A DNA stretch of 36,044 nucleotides from Octopus bimaculoides (taxonomy: Eukaryota). Every line of letters starts with the position of its first letter. Within the stretch, counting starts at the first letter, position 1. Under the pieces are notes generated by a model. It worked only from the letters and a program-made list of their open reading frames with translations, was not told where the DNA came from and did no database searches. This document shows positions 35,676-36,044 of this stretch, piece by piece. Both the position numbers and the translations under genes were made by a program. The stretch is from the NCBI RefSeq assembly GCF_001194135.2, contig NC_068990.1:36942987-36979030 (forward strand), in the 5' to 3' direction.

Positions 35676-36044
35676 TATGAAACAATCAAACGCAACGATA
35701 GGAATGGGATTTGCCCACTCTATAGGAGCAAATCATGGAACACCATAGAAAGAACTAAGAAGAAAATAGGGAAGGCAAGCTCATGGTACAATAGCCACAA
35801 GTACCAAAGCGTCATGTTCGTCGACACCACCCCTAGAGGCGAACTGGCGTACCGCTTTAGAAGGGCCCTAGACAAACTTAAGCTAAGAATTAAGGTTGTT
35901 GAAAGGCCAGGCAACCCTATCAAATCCCTTATCAGTAGAACATACCCTTTCAGTAGAACCCCCTGCACTGATAGGAACTGTATCGTATGTAGATTTAGCC
36001 CACAAACGAACTGCAAAACCAGAAATGTGGTCTATAGTATAAGA
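35676..36044 (+). CDS. Young 5'-truncated Penelope-like element ORF (post-thumb linker, Zn-finger, start of GIY-YIG); runs off the window
   Basis: 123 stop-free codons, not in the ORF track: YETIKRNDRNGICPLYRSKSWNTIERTKKKIGKASSWYNSHKYQSVMFVDTTPRGELAYRFRRALDKLKLRIKVVERPGNPIKSLISRTYPFSRTPCTDRNCIVCRFSPQTNCKTRNVVYSIR. The Cx4Cx2Cx7C linker is followed by NVVY.I. Confidence 0.85.

Noticed and set aside
35720-36016. 98-aa minus-strand ORF
   Set aside because: It is the antisense shadow of the plus-strand PLE frame.

Overview
AT-rich, microsatellite-dense eukaryotic DNA with four N gaps, and no host protein-coding gene can be supported. The SINE repertoire matches, from memory, the tRNA-derived SINEs that dominate Octopus genomes, so the window is most likely octopus intronic or intergenic DNA (inference, no search run). 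Most ORFs in the track are microsatellite or N artefacts. The coding remnants are all transposon-derived: an I/Nimb-like LINE (1-1600, -), three distinct Penelope-like element (PLE) fragments (10457-11395 +, 32420-33260 -, 35676-36044 +, the last an unbroken frame absent from the ORF track), an RTE RT fragment, a Tx1/L1 ORF2 C-terminus and a pogo/Tigger transposase relic. The most notable signal is a non-autonomous element with a tRNA-like head, an (AAC/AAT)n spacer and a minimal type-I hammerhead ribozyme. It occurs three times: twice as a head-to-head ~590-bp palindrome flanked by one 13-bp target-site duplication (7119-7719), and once with an inverted head inside another SINE (30030-30183). 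A fourth, different hammerhead lies in the 3' region of the PLE at 11200-11235. Together these suggest a ribozyme-carrying SINE/retrozyme hybrid that may be mobilised by PLEs.
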